From Nitrospirales bacterium (GTDB lineage Bacteria > Nitrospirota > Nitrospiria > Nitrospirales > UBA8639), in NCBI GenBank assembly GCA_965203295.1, contig CBDBCZ010000015.1, positions 864,001 to 928,000 on the forward strand: DNA of 64,000 nt, in the 5' to 3' direction. Both the position numbers and the translations under genes were made by a program. The notes beneath the pieces were generated by a model. That model was given only the letters and a program-made list of their open reading frames with translations, searched no databases and had not been told where the DNA came from. How positions within the stretch are numbered: position 1 is the stretch's first letter; each line of letters starts with the position of its first letter. Of this stretch, positions 39,001 through 54,000 are shown piece after piece.

Positions 39001-42000
39001 TAGGAAAGGAGGATTTTATTGAAAATTGTTAGTTTTGTTGGTCTCTAGCAAAGACTTTAAGCCAAAGTAACTTGCTACCATTTATCTGACCCTTCCCAAC
39101 TGTTTAGAAAAAGAGCTGGTTATTCAAAGGCTTGTTTTGTTTGAATGATATTAGTCAGATACAATACATGCTTAAGAAGTATCAATATTCAAGAAAGGAA
39201 CTTGTTATTCAAAGGCTTGTTTAGTTTGGTTGATGTTAGTCTGAAGATTAGGAAAGAAGGATTTTATTTAAAATTGTTAGTTTTGTTGGTCTCAGGCAAA
39301 GACTTTCAGCCAAAGTAACTGGCTACCATTGATCTGACCCTTCCCAACTGTTTAGGAAAAGAACTGGTTATTCAAAGGCTTGATTAGTTTTAATGATGTT
39401 AGTCGGATACAATACATGTTTAGGAAGTGTAGATGTTCAAGAAAGGAACTGGTTATTGAAAGGCTTGTTTAGTTTTGTTGATGTTTGTTTGAAGATTAGG
39501 AAAAAAGGATTTTATTTTTAAAATTGTTAGTTTTGTTGGTCTCAGGCAAAGACTTTCAGCAAAAGTAACTAGCTACCATTGATCTGACCCTTCCTAACTG
39601 TTTAGGAAAATAACTGGTTATTCAAAGGCTTGTTTAGTTTGAATGATGTTAGTCTGAAGATTAGGAAAGAAGGATTTTATTGAAAATTGTTAGTTTTTTT
39701 GGTCTCTAGCAAAGACTTTAAACCAAAGTAACTAGCTACCATTTATCTGACCCTTCCCAACTGTTTAGAAAAGAACTGGTTATTCAAAGGCCTGTTTAGT
39801 TTTGTTGATGTTAGCCTGAAGATTAGGAAAGAAGGATTTTATTGAAAATTGTTAGTTTTGTTGGTCTCTTGCAATAACTTTAATTAAGCCAAAGTTACTA
39901 GCTACCATTGATCTGACCTTTCCGAACTCTTTAGAAAAAGTGATGATTATTCAAAGACTTGTTTTTTTTGAATGATATTAGTCAGATACAATACATGCTT
40001 AGGAAGTATCAATGTTCAAGAAAGGAACTGGTTATTCAAAGGCTTGTTTTGTTTGGTTGATGTTAGTCTGAAGATTAGGAAAGAAGGATTTTATTTAAAA
40101 TTGTTAGTTTTGTTGGTCTCAGGCAAAGACTTTCAGCCAAAGTAACTGACTACCATTGATCTGACCCTTCCCAACTGTTTAGGAAAACAACTGGTTATTC
40201 AAAGGCTTGTTTAGTTTTTCTTGATGTTAGTCTGCTTATTAGAAAAGAAGTATTTTATCGAAAATCGTTAGTTTTGTTGGTCTCTAGCAAAGACTTTGAG
40301 CCAAAGTAACTAGCTAACATTGATCTGACCCTTCCCAACTGTTTAGGAAAAGAACTGGTTATTCAAAGGCTTGTTTAGTTTAAATGATGTTAGTCGGATA
40401 CAATACATGCTTAGAAAGTATCGATGTTCAAGAAAGGAACTGGTTATTCAAAGGCTTGTTTAGTTTGGTTGATGTTAGTCTGCAGATTAGGAAAGAAGGA
40501 TTTTATTGAAAATTGTTAGTTTTGTTGGTCTCTAGCAAAGACTTTAAGCCAAAGTAACTAGCTACCATTGATTAGGAAAGAAGGATTTCATTGAAGATTG
40601 TTAGTTTTGTTGGTCTCTAGCAAAGACTTTAAGCCAAAGTAACTAGCTACCATTGATCTGACCCTTCCCAACTGTTTAGGAAAAGAACTTGTTATTCAAA
40701 GGCTTGTTTAGTTTGAATGATGTTAGTCAGAAGATTAGAAAAGAAGGATTTTATTGAAAATTGTTAGTTTTGTTGGTCTCTAGCAAAGACTTTAAGCCAA
40801 AGTACCATGCTACAATTTATCTGACCATGCTTAGGAAGTATCGATTTTCAAGACCGGAACTGGTTATTCAAAGGCTTGTTTAGTTTGGTTGATGTTAGTC
40901 TGAAGATTAGGAAGAAGGAGTTCATTGAAAATTGTTAGATTTTTTTGTCTCTGGCAAAGACTTTTGGCCAAAGTCACTAGCTACCATTGATCTGACCCTT
41001 CCCAACTGTTTAGGAAAAGAACTGGTTTTGCAAAGGCTTGTTTAGTTTGAATGATGTTAGTCAGATACAATACATGCTTAGGAAGTATCGATGTTCAAGA
41101 AAGGAACTGGTTATTCAAAGGCCGGTTTAGTTTGGTTGATGTTAGACTGAAGATTAGGAAAGAAGAATTTTACTCAAAATTGTTATTTTTTTCGTCTCTG
41201 GCAAAGACTTTAAGCCAAAGTAACTAGCTACCATTGATCTGACGCTTCCCAACTGTTTAGGAAACGAACTGGTTTTTCAAAGGCTAGTTTAGTTTGAATG
41301 ATGTTAGTCAAATACAATACATCCTTAGGAAGTATCGATGTTCAAGAAAGGAACTGGTTATTCAAAGGCTTGTTTTGTTTGGTTGATGTTAGTCTGCAGA
41401 TTAGAAAAGAAGGATTTTATTTAAAATTGTTAGTTTTGTTGGTCTCTAGCAAAGACTTTAAGCCAAAGTAACTAGCTACCATTGATTAGGAAAGAGGAAG
41501 TAACTAGCTACCATTTATTAGACCCTTCCGAACTGTTTAGAAAAAGAACTGGTTATTCAAAGGCCTGTTTAGTTTTGTTGATGTTAGCCTGAAGATTAGG
41601 ACAGAAGGATTTTATTGAAATTGTTAGTTTTGATGGTCTCTAGCAAAGACTTTAAGCCATAGTCACTAGCTACTATTGATCTGACCCTTCCCAACTGTTT
41701 AGAAAAAGAGCTGGTTATTCAAAGGCTAGTTTAGTTTGAATGATGTTTGTCAAATACAATAATCCTTAGGAAGTATCGATGTTCAAGAAAGGAACTGGTT
41801 ATTCAAAGGCTTTTTTAGTTTGGTTGATGTTAGTCTGCAGATTTGGAAAGAAGTATTTTATAGAAAATCGTTAGTTTTTTTTGTCTCTAGCAAAGACTTT
41901 GCGCCAAAGTAACAAGCTACCATTGACCTGACCCTTCCCAACCGTTTAGGAAAAGAACTGGTTATTCAAAGGCTTGTTTAGTTTAAATGATGTTAGTCGG

Positions 42001-45000
42001 ATACAATACATGCTTAGGAAGTATCGATGTTCAAGAAAGGAACTGGTTATTCAAAGGCTTGTTTAGTTTGGTTGATGTTAGTCTGCAGAGTAGGAAAGAA
42101 GGATTTTATTGAAAATTGCTAGTTTTGTTTGTCTCTAGCAATGACTTTAAGCCGAAGTAACTAGCTACCATTGATCTGACCCTTCCCAACTGTTTAGAAA
42201 AAGAACTGGTTATTCAAAGGCTTGTTTAGTTTTGTTGATGTTAGTCAAATACAATACATGCCTAGGAAGTATCGATTTTCAAGAAAGGAACTTGTTATTC
42301 AAAGGCTTGTTTAGTTTGGTTGATGTTAGTCTGAAGATTATGAAAGAAGGATTTATTGAAAATTGTTAGTTTTGTTGGTCTCAGGCAAAGACTTTAAGCC
42401 AAAGTAACTAGCTACCATTGATCTGACCCTTCCCAACTGTTTAGGAAACGAACTGGTTATTCAAAGGCTAGTTTAGTTTGAATGATGTTAGTCAAATGCA
42501 ATACATCCTTAGGAAGTATCGATGTTCAAGAAAGGAACTGGTTATTCAAAGGCTTGTTTAGTTTGGTTGATGTTAGTCTTCAGATTAGGAAAGAAGTATT
42601 TTATTAAAAAATTGTTAGTTTTGATGTTCTCTAGCTAAGACTTTAAGCCAAAGTAACTAGCTACCATTGATTAGGAAAGAAGGATTTTATTGAAAATTGT
42701 TAGTTTTGTTGGTCTCTAGCAAAGACTTTAAGCCAAAGTAACTAGCTACCATTGAACTGACCCTTCCCAACTGTTTTGGAAAAGAACTTGTTATTCAAAG
42801 GCTTGTTTAGTTTGAATGATGTTAGTGAAATACAATACATCCTTAGGAAGTATCGATGTTCAAGAAAGGAACTGGTTATTCAAAGGCTTGTTTAGTTTAG
42901 TTGATGTTAGTCTGAAGATTAGGAAAGGAGGATTTTATTGAAAATTGTTAGTTTGTTGGTCTCAGGTAAAGACTTTCAGCCAAAGTATCTAGCTACCATT
43001 GATCTGACCCATCCCAACTGTCTTGGAAAGGAAGTGGTTTATGATTCAATCATTTGTTTAGTTTAAATGATGTTTGTCAGAAACAATACATACATGCTTA
43101 GAAAGTAAGGGTTTTCACTAATAATTGGTACAATTTTAGCTTTATTGGTCTCAGGAAACTTTAAGTCAAAACAACTAGCTACCATTGATCTGACCCTTCC
43201 CAACTGTCTAGGAAAGTAATTGGTTTAAGATTTAATAGCTTGTTTAGTTTGAATGATGTTAGTCGGATACAATACATGTTTAGGAAGTATCGATGTTCAA
43301 GACCGGAACTGCATGGTTATTCAAAGGCTTGTTTAGTTTGGTTGATGTTAGTCTGAAGATTAGGAAAGAAGGATTTCATTGAAAATTGTTAGATTTGTTT
43401 GTCTCTCACAAAGACTTTAAGTCAAAGTCAGTAGCTACCATTGATCTGTCCCTTCCCAACTGTTTAGGAAAAGAACTTGTTATTCAAAGGCTTGTTTAGT
43501 TTGAATGATGTTAGTGAAATACAATACATCCTTAGGAAGTATCGATGTTCAAGAAAGGAACTGGTTATTCAAAGGCTTGTTTAGTTTAGTTGATGTTAGT
43601 CTGAAGATTAGGAAAGGAGGATTTTATTGAAAATTGTTAGTTTGTTGGTCTCAGGTAAAGACTTTCAGCCAAAGTATCTAGCTACCATTGATCTGACCCC
43701 TCCCAACTGTCTTGGAAAGGAATTGGTTTATGATTCAATCATTTGTTTAGTTTAAATGATGTTTGTCAGAAACAATACATACATGCTTAGAAAGTAAGGG
43801 TTTTCACTAATAATTGGTACAATTTTAGCTTTATTGGTCTCAGGAAACTTTAAGTCAAAACAACTAGCTACCATTGATCTGACCCTTCCCAACTGTCTAG
43901 GAAAGTAATTGGTTTAAGATTTAATAGCTTGTTTAGTTTGATTGATGTTAGTCGGATACAATACATGCTTAGGAAGTATCGATGTTCAAGACCGGAACTG
44001 CATGGTTATTCAAAGGCTTGTTTAGTTTGGTTGATGTTAGTCTGAAGATTAGGAAAGAAGGATTTCATTGAAAATTGTTAGATTTGTTTGTCTCTGGCAA
44101 AGACTTTAAGTCAAAGTCAGTAGCTACCATTGATCTGTCCCTTCCCAACTGTTTAGAAAAATAACTGGTTATTCAAAGGCTTGTTTAGTTTGAATGATGT
44201 TAGTCAGATACAATACATGCTTAGGAAGTATCGATGTTCAAGAAAGGAACTTGTTATTCAAGGGCTTGTTTAGTTTCGTTGATGTTAGTCTGCAGATTAG
44301 GAAAGAAGGATTTTAATGAAAATTATTTGTTTTGTTGGTCTCTAGCAAAGACTTTAAGCCAAAATTACTAGCTACCTTTGATCTGACCTTTCCCAACTGT
44401 TTAGAAAAAGTGCTGGTTATTCAAAAGTAACTGGCTACCATTGATCTGACCCTTCACAACTGTTTAGGAAAAGAACTTGTTATTCAAAGGCTTGTTTAGT
44501 TTGAATGATGTTAGTCAGATACAATACATGCTTAGGAAGTATCGATGTTCAAGAAAGGAACTGGTTATTCAAAGGCTTGTTTAGTTTGCTTGATGTTAGT
44601 CTGCAGATAAGGAAATAAGTATTTTATAGAAAATCGTTTGTTTTGTTGGTCTCTAGCAAAGACTTTCAGCCAAAGTAACTAGCTACCATTGATCTCACCC
44701 TTCCCAGCTGTTTAGGAAAAGAACTGGTTATTCAAAGGCTTGATTAGTTTTAATGATGTTAGTCGAATACAATACATGTTTAAGAAGTGTCGATGTTCAA
44801 GAAAGGAACTGGTTATTCAAAGGCTTGTTTAGTTTGAATGATGTTAGTCAGATACAATACATGCTTAGGAAGTATCGATGTTCAAGAAAGGAACTGGTTA
44901 TTCAAAGGCTTGTTTAGTTTGCTTGATGTTAGTCTGCAGATAAGGAAAGAAGTATTTTATAGAAAATCGTTTGTTTTGTTGGTCTCTAGCAAAGACTTTC

Positions 45001-48000
45001 AGCCAAAGTAACTAGCTACCATTGATCTCACCCTTCCCAGCTGTTTAGGAAAAGAACTGGTTATTCAAAGGCTTGATTAGTTTTAATGATGTTAGTCGAA
45101 TACAATACATGTTTAAGAAGTGTCGATGTTCAAGAAAGGAACTGGTTATTCAAAGGCTTGTTTAGTTTGGTTGATGTTAGTCAGAAGATTAGGAAAGAAG
45201 GATTTTATTGAAAATTGTTAGTTTTGTTGGTCTCTAGCAAAGACTTTAAGCGAAAGTAACTAGCTACCATTTATCTGACCCTTCCCAACTGTTTATAAAA
45301 AGAACTGGTTATTCAAAGGCCTGTTTAGTTTCGTTGATTTTAGCCTGAAGATTAAGAAAGAAGGATTTTATTGATAATTGTTTGTTTTGTTGGTCTCTTA
45401 CAAAGACTTTAAGCCAAAGTAACTGGCTACCATTGATCTGATCCTTCCCAACTATTTAGAAAAAGAGCTGGTTATTCAAAGGCTTGTTTTGTTTGAATGA
45501 TATTAGTCAGATACAATACATGCTTAGGAAGTATCAATGTTCAAGAAAGGAACTGGTTTTTCAAAGGCTTGTTTAGTTTGGTTGATGTTAGTCTGAAGAT
45601 TAGGAAAGAAGGATTTTATTGAAAATTGTTAGTTTTGTTGGTCTCAGGCAAATACTTTCAGCCAAAGTAACTGGCTACCATTGATCTGAACCTTCCCAAC
45701 TGTTTAGGAAAGGAACTTGTTATTCAAAGGCTTGTTTAGTTTGAATGATGTTAGTCAGATACAATAAATGCTTAGGAAGTATCGATGTTCAAGAAAGAAA
45801 CTGGTTATTTAAAGGCTTGTTTAGTTTGGTTGATGTTAGTCTGAAGATTAGGAAAGAAGAATTTTATTGAAAATTGTTAGTTTTGTTGGTCTCAGGCAAA
45901 GACTTTCAGCAAAAGTAACTAACTACCATTGATCTGACCCTTCCTAACTGTTTAGGAAAAAACTGGTTATTCAAAGGCTTGTTTAGTTTGAATGATATTA
46001 GTCTGAAGATTAGGAAAGAAGGATTTTATTGAAAATTGTTGGTTTTGTTGGTCTCAGACAAAGACTTTCAGCCAAAGTAATTGGCTACCATTGATCTGAC
46101 CCTTCCCAACTGTTTAGGAAAAGAACTGGTTATTCAAAGGCTTGATTAGTTTTAATGATGTTAGTCGGATACAATACATGTTTAGGAAGTGTCGAGTTTC
46201 AAGAAAGAAACTGGTTATTCAAAGGCTTGTTTAGTTTGGTTGATGTTAGTCTGAAGATTAGGAAAGAAGAATTTTATAGAAAATTGTTAGTTTTGTTGGT
46301 CTCAGGCAAAGACTTTCAGCAAAAGTAACTAACTACCATTGATCTGACCCTTCCTAACTGTTTAGGAAAAAACTGGTTATTCAAAGGCTTGTTTAGTTTG
46401 AATGATGTTAGTCTGAAGATTAGGAAAGAAGGATTTTATTGAAAATTGTTGGTTTTGTTTGTCTCAGACAAAGACTTTCAGCCAAAGTAATTGGCTACCA
46501 TTGATCTGACCCTTCCCAACTGTTTAGGAAAAGAACTGGTTATTCAAAGGCTTGATTAGTTTTAATGATGTTAGTCGGATACAATACATTTTTAGGAAGT
46601 GTCGATGTTCAAGAAAGGAACTTGTTATTGAAAGGCTTGTTTAGTTTGGTTGATGTTAGTCTGAAGATTAGGAAAGAAGGATTTTATTGAAAATTGTTAG
46701 TTTTGTTGGTCTCAGGCAAAGACTTTCAGCAAAAGTAACTAGCTACCATTGATCTGACCTTTCCCAACTTTTTAGAAAAAGAACTGGTTATTCAAAGGCC
46801 TGTTTAGTTTTGCTGATGTTAGCCTGAAGATTAGGAAAGAAGGATTTTATTGAAAATTGTTAGTTTTGTTGGTCTCTTGCAATGACTTTAATTAAGCCAA
46901 AGTTACTAGCTACCATTGATCTGACCTTTCCGAACTCTTTAGAAAAAGTGCTGGTTATTCAAAGTCTTGTTTTGTTTGAATGATATTATTCAGATACAAT
47001 ACATGCTTAGGAAGTATCGATGTTCAAGAAAGGAACTTTTTATTCAAGGGCTTGTTTAGTTTCGTTGATGTTAGTCTGAAGATTAGGAAAGAAGGATTTT
47101 AATGAAAATTATTAGTTTTGTCTGTCTCTAGCAAAGACTTTAAGCCAAAGTTACTAGCTACCTTTAATTTGACCCTTCCCAACTGTTTAGAAAAAGAGCT
47201 GATTATTCAAAAGCTTGTTAGTTTGAATGATGTTAGTCTGAAGATTAGAAAAGAAGGATTTTATTGAAAATTGATAGTTTTGTTGGTCTCTTGCAAAGAC
47301 TTTAAGCCAAAGTAACTAGCTACCATTGATCTGATCCTTCCCAACTGTTTAGGAAAAGAACTGGTTATTCAAAGGCTTGTTTAGTTTGAATGATGTTAGT
47401 CAAATACAATACATGCCTAGGAAGTATCGATGTTCAAGACCGGAACTGGTTATTCAAAGGCTTGTTTAATTTGGTTGATGTTATTCTGAAGATTAGGAAA
47501 GAAGGATTTTATTGAAAATTGTTAGTTTTGTTTGTCTCTAGCAAAGACTTTAAGCCAAAGTAACTTGCTACCATTTATCTGACCCTTCCCAACTGTTTAG
47601 TAAAAGAGCTGGTTATTCAAAGGCCTGTTTAGTTTTGTTGATGTTAGCCTGAAGATTAGGAAAAAAGGATTTTATTGAAAATTGTTAGTTTTGTTGGTCT
47701 CAGGCAAAGACTTTCAGCCAAAGTAACTGGCTACTATTGATCTGACCCTTCCCAACTGTTTTGGAAAAGAACTGGTTATTCAAAGGCTTGTTTAGTTTGT
47801 TTGATGTTAGTCTGAAGATTAGGAAAGAAGGATTTTATAGAAAATCGTTAGTTTTGTTGGTCTCTAGCAAAGACTTTGAGCCAAAGTAACTAGCTATTAT
47901 TGATCTGACCCTTCCCAACATTTTAGGAAAATAACTGGTTATTCAAAGGCTTGTTTAGTTTGAATGATGTTAGTCTGAAGATTAGGAAAGAGAGATTTTG

Positions 48001-51000
48001 TTTAAAATGGTTAATTTTTTTGGTCTCAAGCAAAGACTTTAAGCCAAAGTAACTAGCTACCATTTATCTGACCCTTCTGAACTTTTTAGAAAAAGAACTT
48101 GTTATTCAAAGGCCTGTTTTGTTTTGTTGACGTTAGCCTGAAGATTAGGAAAAAAGGATTTTATTGAAAATTGTTAGTTTTGTTGGTCTCTAGTAAAGAC
48201 TTTAAGCCAAAATCACTAGCTACCATTTATCTGACCCTTCCCAACTGTTTAGAAAAAGAGCTGGTTATTCAAAGGCTAGTTTAGTTTGAATGATGTTAAT
48301 CAAATACAATAATCCTTAGGAAGTATCGATGTTCAAGAAAGGAACTGGTTATTCAAAGGCTTGTTTAGTTTGCTTGATGTTAGTCTGCAGATTAGGAAAA
48401 AGTATTTTATTGAAAATTGTTAGTTTTGTTGGTCTCTAGCAAAGACTTTAAGCCAAAGTAACTAGCTACCATTTATCTGACCCTTCCCAACTGTTTAGAA
48501 AAAGAACTGGTTATTCAAAGGCCTGTTTAGTTTGAATGATGTTAGTCGGATACAATACATGCTTAGGAAGTATCAATGTTCAAGAAAGGAACTGGTTATT
48601 CAAAGGCTTGTTTAGTTTGTTTGATGTTTGTTAGTTTTGTTGGTCTCTAGCAAAGACTTTAAGCCAAAGTAACTAGCTACCATTGATCTGACCCTTCCCA
48701 ACTGTTTAGGAAAAGAATTGGTTATTCAAAGGCTTGTTTAGTTTAAATGATGTTAGTCTGAAGATTAGGAAAGAAGGATTTTATTGAAAATTGTTAGTTT
48801 TGTTGGTCTCTTTCAAAGACTTTAAGCCAAAGTAACTAGCTACCATTTATCTGACCCTTCCTAACAGTTTAGAAAAAGAAGTGGTTATTCAAAGGCCTGT
48901 TTAGTTTTGTTGATGTTAGCCTGAAGATTAGGAAAGAAGGATTTTATTGAAAATTGTTAGTTTTGTTGGTCTCTAGCAAAGACTTTAAGCCAAAGTTACT
49001 AGCTACCATTGATCTGACCCTTCCGAACTATTTAGAAAATGAGCTGGTTATTCAAAGGCTTGTTTTGTTTGAATGATGTTAGTCTGAAGATTAGGAAAGA
49101 AGGATTTTATTGAAAATTGTTAGTTTTGTTGGTCTCTTTCAAAGACTTTAAGCCAAAGTAACTAGCTACCATTTATCTGACCCTTCCTAACTGTTTAGAA
49201 AAAGAAGTGGTTATTCAAAGGCCTGTTTAGTTTTGTTGATGTTAGCCTGAAGATTAGGAAAGAAGGATTTTATTGAAAATTGTTAGTTTTGTTGGTCTCT
49301 AGCAAAGACTTTAAGCCAAAGTTACTAGCTACCATTGATCTGACCCTTCCGAACTATTTAGAAAATGAGCTGGTTATTCAAAGGCTTGTTTTGTTTGAAT
49401 GATATTAGTCAGATACAATACATGCTTGGGAAGTATCAATATTCAAGAAAGGAACTGGTTATTCAAAGGCTTGTTTAGTTTGGTTGATGCTAGTCTGAAG
49501 ATTAGGAAAGAAGGATTTTATTTAAAATTGTTAGTTTTGTTGGTCTCTAGGAAAGACTTTAAGCCAAAGTAACAAGCTACCATTTATCTGACCCTTCCTA
49601 ACTGTTTAGAAAAAGAACTGGTTATTCAAAGGCTTGTTTTGGTCGAATGATATTAGTCGGATACAATACATGCTTAGGAAGTATCAATTTTCAAGAAAGG
49701 AACTGGTTATTCAAAGGCTTGTTTAGTTTGGTTGATTTTAGTCTGAAGTTTAGGAAAGAAGGATTTTATTGAGAATTGTTAGTTTAGTTGGTCTTTAGCA
49801 AAGACTTTAAGCCAAAGTAACTAGCTACCATTGATCTTACCCTTCCCAACTGTTTAGGAAAAGAACTGGTTATTCAAAGGCTTTTTTAGTTTGAATGATG
49901 TTAGTCTGAAGATTAGGAAAAAAGGATTTTATTTAAAATTGTTAGTTTTGTTGGTCTCTAGCAAAGACTTTAAGCCAAAGTAACTAGCTACCATTGATCT
50001 GACCCTTCCCAACTGTTTAGGAAAAGAACTGGTTATTCAAAGGCTTGTTTAGTTTGAATGATGTTAGTCTGAAGATTAAGAAAGAAGGATTTTATTTAAA
50101 ATTGTTAGTTTTGTTGGTCTCTAGCAAAGACTTTAAGCCAAAGTAACTAGCTACCATTTATCTGACCCTTCCTAACTGTTTAGAAAAAGAAGTGGTTATT
50201 CAAAGGCCTGTTTAGTTTTGTTGATGTTAGCCTGAAGATTAGGAAAGAAGGATTTTATTGAAAATTGTTTGTTTTGTTTGTCTCTAGCAAAGACTTTAAG
50301 CCAAAGTTACTAGCTACCATTGATCTGACCCTTCCGAACTATTTAGAAAATGAGCTGGTTATTCAAAGGCTTGTTTTGTTTGAATGATATTAGTCAGATA
50401 CAATACATGCTTAGGAAGTATCAATATTCAAGAAAGGAACTGGTTATTCAAAGGCTTGTTTAGTTTGGTTGATGTTAGTCTGAAGATTAGGAAAGAAGGA
50501 TTTTATTTAAAATTGTTAGTTTTTTGTCTCTAGCAAAGACTTTAAGCCAAAGTAACTAGCTACCATTTATCTGACCCTTCCTAACTGTTTAGAAAAAGAA
50601 CTGGTTATTCAAAGGCTTGTTTTGGTCGAATGATATTAGTCGGATACAATACATGCTTAGGAAGTATCAATTTTCAAGAAAGGAACTGGTTATTCAAAGG
50701 CTTGTTTAGTTTGGTTGATGTTAGTCTGAAGTTTAGGAAAGAAGGATTTTATTGAGAATTGTTAGTTTTGTTGGTCTTTAGCAAAGACTTTAAGCCAAAG
50801 TAACTAGCTACCATTGATCTGACCCTTCCCAACTGTTTTGGAAAAGAACTGGTTATTCAAAGGCTTGTTTAGTTGGAATGATGTTAGTCTGAAGATTAGG
50901 AAAGAAGGATTTTATTTAAAATTGTTAGTTTTGTTGGTCTCTAGCAAAGACTTTAAGCCAAAGTAACTAGCTACCATTGATCTGACCCTTCCCAACTGTT

Positions 51001-54000
51001 TAGGAAAAGAACTGGTTATTCAAAGGCTTGTTTAGTTTGAATGATGTTAGTCTGAAGATTAGGAAAGAAGGATTTTATTTAAAATTGTTAGTTTTGTTGG
51101 TCTCTAGCAAAGACTTTAAGCCAAAGTAACTAGCTACCATTTATCTGACCCTTCCTAACTGTTTAGAAAAAGAAGTGGTTATTCAAAGGCCTGTTTAGTT
51201 TTGTTGATGTTAGCCTGAAGATTAGGAAAGAAGGATTTTATTGAAAATTGTTTGTTTTGTTTGTCTCTAGCAAAGACTTTAAGCCAAAATTACTAGCTAC
51301 CATTGATCTGACCCTTCCGAACTATTTACAAAATGAGCTGGTTATTCAAAGGCTTGTTTTGTTTGAATGATATTAGTCAGATACAATACATGCTTAGGAA
51401 GTAACAATATTCAAGAAAGGAACTGGTTATTCAAAGGCTTGTTTAGTTTGGTTGATGTTAGTCTGAAGATTAGGAAAGAAGGATTTTATTTAAAATTGTT
51501 AGTTTTGTTGGTCTCAGGCAAAGACTTTCAGCCAAAGTAACTGGCTACCATTGATCTGACCCTTCCCAACTGTTTAGGAAAACAACTGGTTATTCAAAGG
51601 CTTGTTTAGTTTGAATGATGTTAGAGTGAAGATTTGGAAAGAAGGATTTTATTGAAAATTGTTAGTTTTGTTGGTCTCTAGCAAAGACTTTAAGCCAAAG
51701 TAACTAGCTACCATTGATCTGACCCTTCCCAACTTTTTAGGAAAAGAACTGGTTATTCAAAGGCTTGTTTAGTTTGAATGATGTTAGTCTGAAGATTAGG
51801 AAAGAAGGATTTTATTGAAAATTGTTAGTTTTGTTGGTCTCTAGCAAAGACTTTAAGCCAAAGTAACTAGCTACCATTTATCTGACCCTTCCTAACTGTT
51901 TAGAAAAAGAACTGGTTATTAAAAGGCCTGTTTAGTTTTGTTGATGTTAACCTGAAGATTAGGAAAGAAGGATTTTATTGAAAATTGTTAGTTTTGTTGG
52001 TCTCTAGCAAAGACTTTAAGCCAAAGTAACTAGCTACCATTTATCTGACCCTTCCTAACTGTTTAGAAAAAGAACTGGTTATTCAAAGGCCTGTTTAGTT
52101 TTGTTGATGTTAGCCTGAAGATTAGGAAAGAAGGATTTTATTGAAAATTGTTAGTTTTGTTGGTCTCTAGCAAAGACTTTAAACCAAAGTTACTAGCTAC
52201 CATTTATCTAACCCTTCCGAACTATTTAGAAAATGAGCTGGTTATTCAAAGGCTTGTTTTGTTTGAATGATATTAGTCAGATACAATACATGCTTAGGAA
52301 GTATCAATGTTCAAGAAAGGAACTGGTTATTCAAAGGCTTGTTTAGTTTGCTTGATGTTAGTCTGAAGATTAGGAAAGAAGGATTTTATTTAAAATTGTT
52401 AGTTTTGTTGGTCTCAGGCAAAGACTTTCAGCCAAAGTAACTGGCTACCATTGATCTGACCCTTCCCAACTGTTTAGGAAAACAACTGGTTATTCAAAGG
52501 CTTGTTTAGTTTGAATGATGTTAGTCTGAAGATTAGGAAAGAAGGATTTTATTGAAAATTGTTAGTTTTTTTGGTCTCAGGCAAAGACTTTCTGCCAAAG
52601 TAACTGGCTACCATTGATCTGACCCTTCCCAACTGTTTAGGAAAAGAACTGGTTATTCAAAGGCTTGATTAGTTTTAATGATGTTTGTCGGATACAATAC
52701 ATGTTTAGGAAGTATCGATGTTCAAAAAAGGAACTGGTTATTCAAAGGCTTGTTTAGTTTGGTTGATGTTAGTCTGAAGATTAGGAAAGAAGGATTTTAT
52801 TGAGAATTGTTAGTTTTGTTGGTCTCTAGCAAAGACTTTAAGCCAAAGTAACTGGCTACCATTGATCTGACCCTTCCCAACTGTTTAGGAAAAGAACTGG
52901 TTATTCAAAGGCTTGTTTAGTTTGAATGATGATAGTCTGAAGATTAGGAAAGAAGGATTTTATTGAAAATTGTTAGTTTTGTTGGTCTCAGGCAAAGACT
53001 TTCAGCCAAAGTAACTGGCTACCATTGATCTGACCCTTCCCAACTGTTTAGGAAAAGAACTGGTTATTCAAAGGCTTGATTAGTTTTAATGATGTTAGTC
53101 GGATACAATACATGTTTAGGAAGTGTCGATGTTCAAAAAAGGAACTGGTTATTTCAAAGGCTTGTTTAGTTTGGTTGATGTTAGTCTGAAGATTAGGAAA
53201 GAAGGATTTTATTGAAAATTGTTAGTTTTGTTGGTCTCAGGCAAAGACTTTCAGCAAAAGTAACAAGCTACCATTGATCTGACTCTTCCTAACTGTTTCG
53301 GAAATAAACTGGTTATTCAAAGGCTTGTTTAGTTTGAATGATGTCAGTCTGAAGATTAGGAAAGAAGGATTTAATTGAAAATTGTTAATTTTGTTGGTCT
53401 CTAGCAAAGACTTTAAGCCAAAGTAACTAGTTACCATTTATCTGACCCTTCCCAACGGTTTAGAATAAGAACTGGCTATTCAAAGGCCTGTTTAGTTTTG
53501 TTGATGTTAGCCTGAAGATTAGGAAAGAAGGATTTTATTGAAAATTGTTAGTTTTGTTGGTCTCAGGCAAAGACTTTCGGCAAAAGTAACTAGCTACCAT
53601 TGATCTGACCCTTCCCAACTGTTTAGGAAAAGAACTTGTTATTCAAAGGCTTCTTTAGTTTGAATGATGTTAGTCAGATACAATACATTCTTAGGAAGTA
53701 TCGATGTTCAAAAAAGGAACTGGTTATTCAAATACTTGTTTAGTTTGCTTGATGTTAGTCTGCAGATTATAGGAAAGAAGTATTTTATAGAAAATGGTTA
53801 GTTTTGTTGGTCTCTAGCAAAGACTTTGAGCCAAAGTAACTAGCTACCATTGATCTGTCCCTTCCCAACTGTTTATGAAAAGAACCGGTTATTCAAAGGC
53901 TTGATTAGTTTTAATGATGTTAGTCGGATACAATACATGTTTAGGAAGTGTCGATGTTCAAGAAAGGAACTGGTTATTCAAAGGCTTGTTTAGTTTGGTT

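Noticed and set aside
15645..53437. ORF-track ORFs inside the satellite, including LRR-looking words (LATIDLTLPNCL, LFKGLFSL)
   Set aside because: Unit lengths 163, 85 and 248 are not multiples of 3, stops are frequent and ORFs are at most 83 aa. These are chance translations of repeats.
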